DNA of 64,000 nucleotides from Trichosphaerium sp. ATCC 40318 (Eukaryota; Protista; Tubulinea): NCBI GenBank assembly GCA_038496445.1, contig JALMLS010000411.1, positions 124,001 to 188,000 of the forward strand, read 5' to 3'. Shown piece by piece: positions 63,301 to 64,000 of this stretch (position 1 is its first letter; each line of letters starts with the position of its first letter). The notes under the pieces were generated by a model. It saw only the letters and a program-made list of their open reading frames with translations, ran no database searches and was not told where the DNA came from. The position numbers and the translations under genes were made by a program.

Positions 63301-63829
63301 TGTCTATTTTAGAAAAAAACAGTATAAGGGAAACAGAAAGTTACAAGTCGCGTTGTCGCTACTACTAACGTACGTATATCTTATCTTGTGCATAGCGCTG
63401 TTTTAAATTATGTAGTAAAGTAGATGTATGCAGTTCAGGAAGGTATAACATATCACTATGATCTTCTAGAGCCTTTTCATCAAGTATAGTTCTTATTTTT
63501 TCTTTTGGCACCACGTGCTCATCCTATTTAAATTTAAACGCTTGTACATTAAACACGGGTAACCAAACTACGTACGGAATCATCATTTGCTTTAATCTGA
63601 AACAATGTAACTCCTTTCTCTCCCTTCATGACAAATTCAATCTTACCAGGTAGCCAACCCTCCTCGTCATCGTTAAAAAACACTAGGGTGCCCTAAAACA
63701 AAAAAATGTATTCATCAGCCAAAAAGCCACTTTGCCTCTTTTTTTGTCTAAACAAAAGTACACGCTTATCGGGTGTGTATAGGAATGAATTAAATCAATA
63801 TAACATACCGGAGACAGATCAAGGGCCAT
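57351..63829 (-). CDS. Myosin heavy chain: N-terminal SH3-like, motor, IQ, SAH/coiled coil, C-terminal WD40 repeats (one apparent 1-nt frameshift near 62430)
   Basis: [47 protein letters not shown] and IQ motifs. Tail exons splice in frame into [10 protein letters not shown] and [12 protein letters not shown]40 repeats. Confidence 0.9.
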
Positions 63830-64000
63830 TGCGTTCTTTCTTCAAGTTGAAGTTTTATGACGTCTTGTAAATGTGTACGTCGCGAAGTTCTTAACAGACG
63901 ACTTGACTTGTTTACCCAATATGACGTTTCGGAGTGCACTATTTTTATAACCAATTTTAGAGTGTTGTTGTTATCTCCGTTTTGTTCTTCTTTGTCGTTC

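Noticed and set aside
1-64000. Alternative genetic code to explain the many short ORFs
   Set aside because: Stops fall inside GT-AG introns; long single exons are open and genes end in TAA, TAG or TGA.

Overview
AT-rich, gene-dense eukaryotic nuclear DNA from a unicellular organism, probably an amoebozoan-type protist (inferred from gene content, not proven). Genes use the standard code and are split by many short spliceosomal introns (about 30-110 nt, donor mostly GTACGT/GTATGT/GTAAGT), so the ORF track shows only exon fragments. Hand splicing gives about 23 protein genes. Housekeeping and signalling genes: calcineurin A-like phosphatase, MAPEG/MGST3, SH3-RasGEF, trypsin-like protease, beta-helix membrane protein, PH/RA/SAH protein, ADP-ribosylglycohydrolase, receptor tyrosine kinase-like protein, RPA1 head-to-head with GINS1/Psf1, USP, alpha/beta hydrolase, and a myosin with a WD40 tail. 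The 3' end of a tRNA-Leu sits at the left edge. The most interesting layer is a candidate cell-autonomous defence repertoire. (1) An intron-hidden OAS/CD-NTase-like nucleotidyltransferase with a C-terminal membrane anchor (51504-52958) lies between a BTB adaptor and a divergently transcribed F-box/MORN-repeat gene. (2) The F-box/MORN gene, the shared promoter and a stub of the OAS-like gene are duplicated in inverted orientation 27 kb away, with patchy hypervariation between copies. (3) There is an F-box/LRR gene plus decayed relics, and a PD-(D/E)XK nuclease-like gene. Also notable: strong over-representation of the palindrome CACGTG, recurrent GC-AG introns with donor GCACGT, and two candidate structured ncRNAs. 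All gene models were built by eye; exon boundaries and some termini are approximate.
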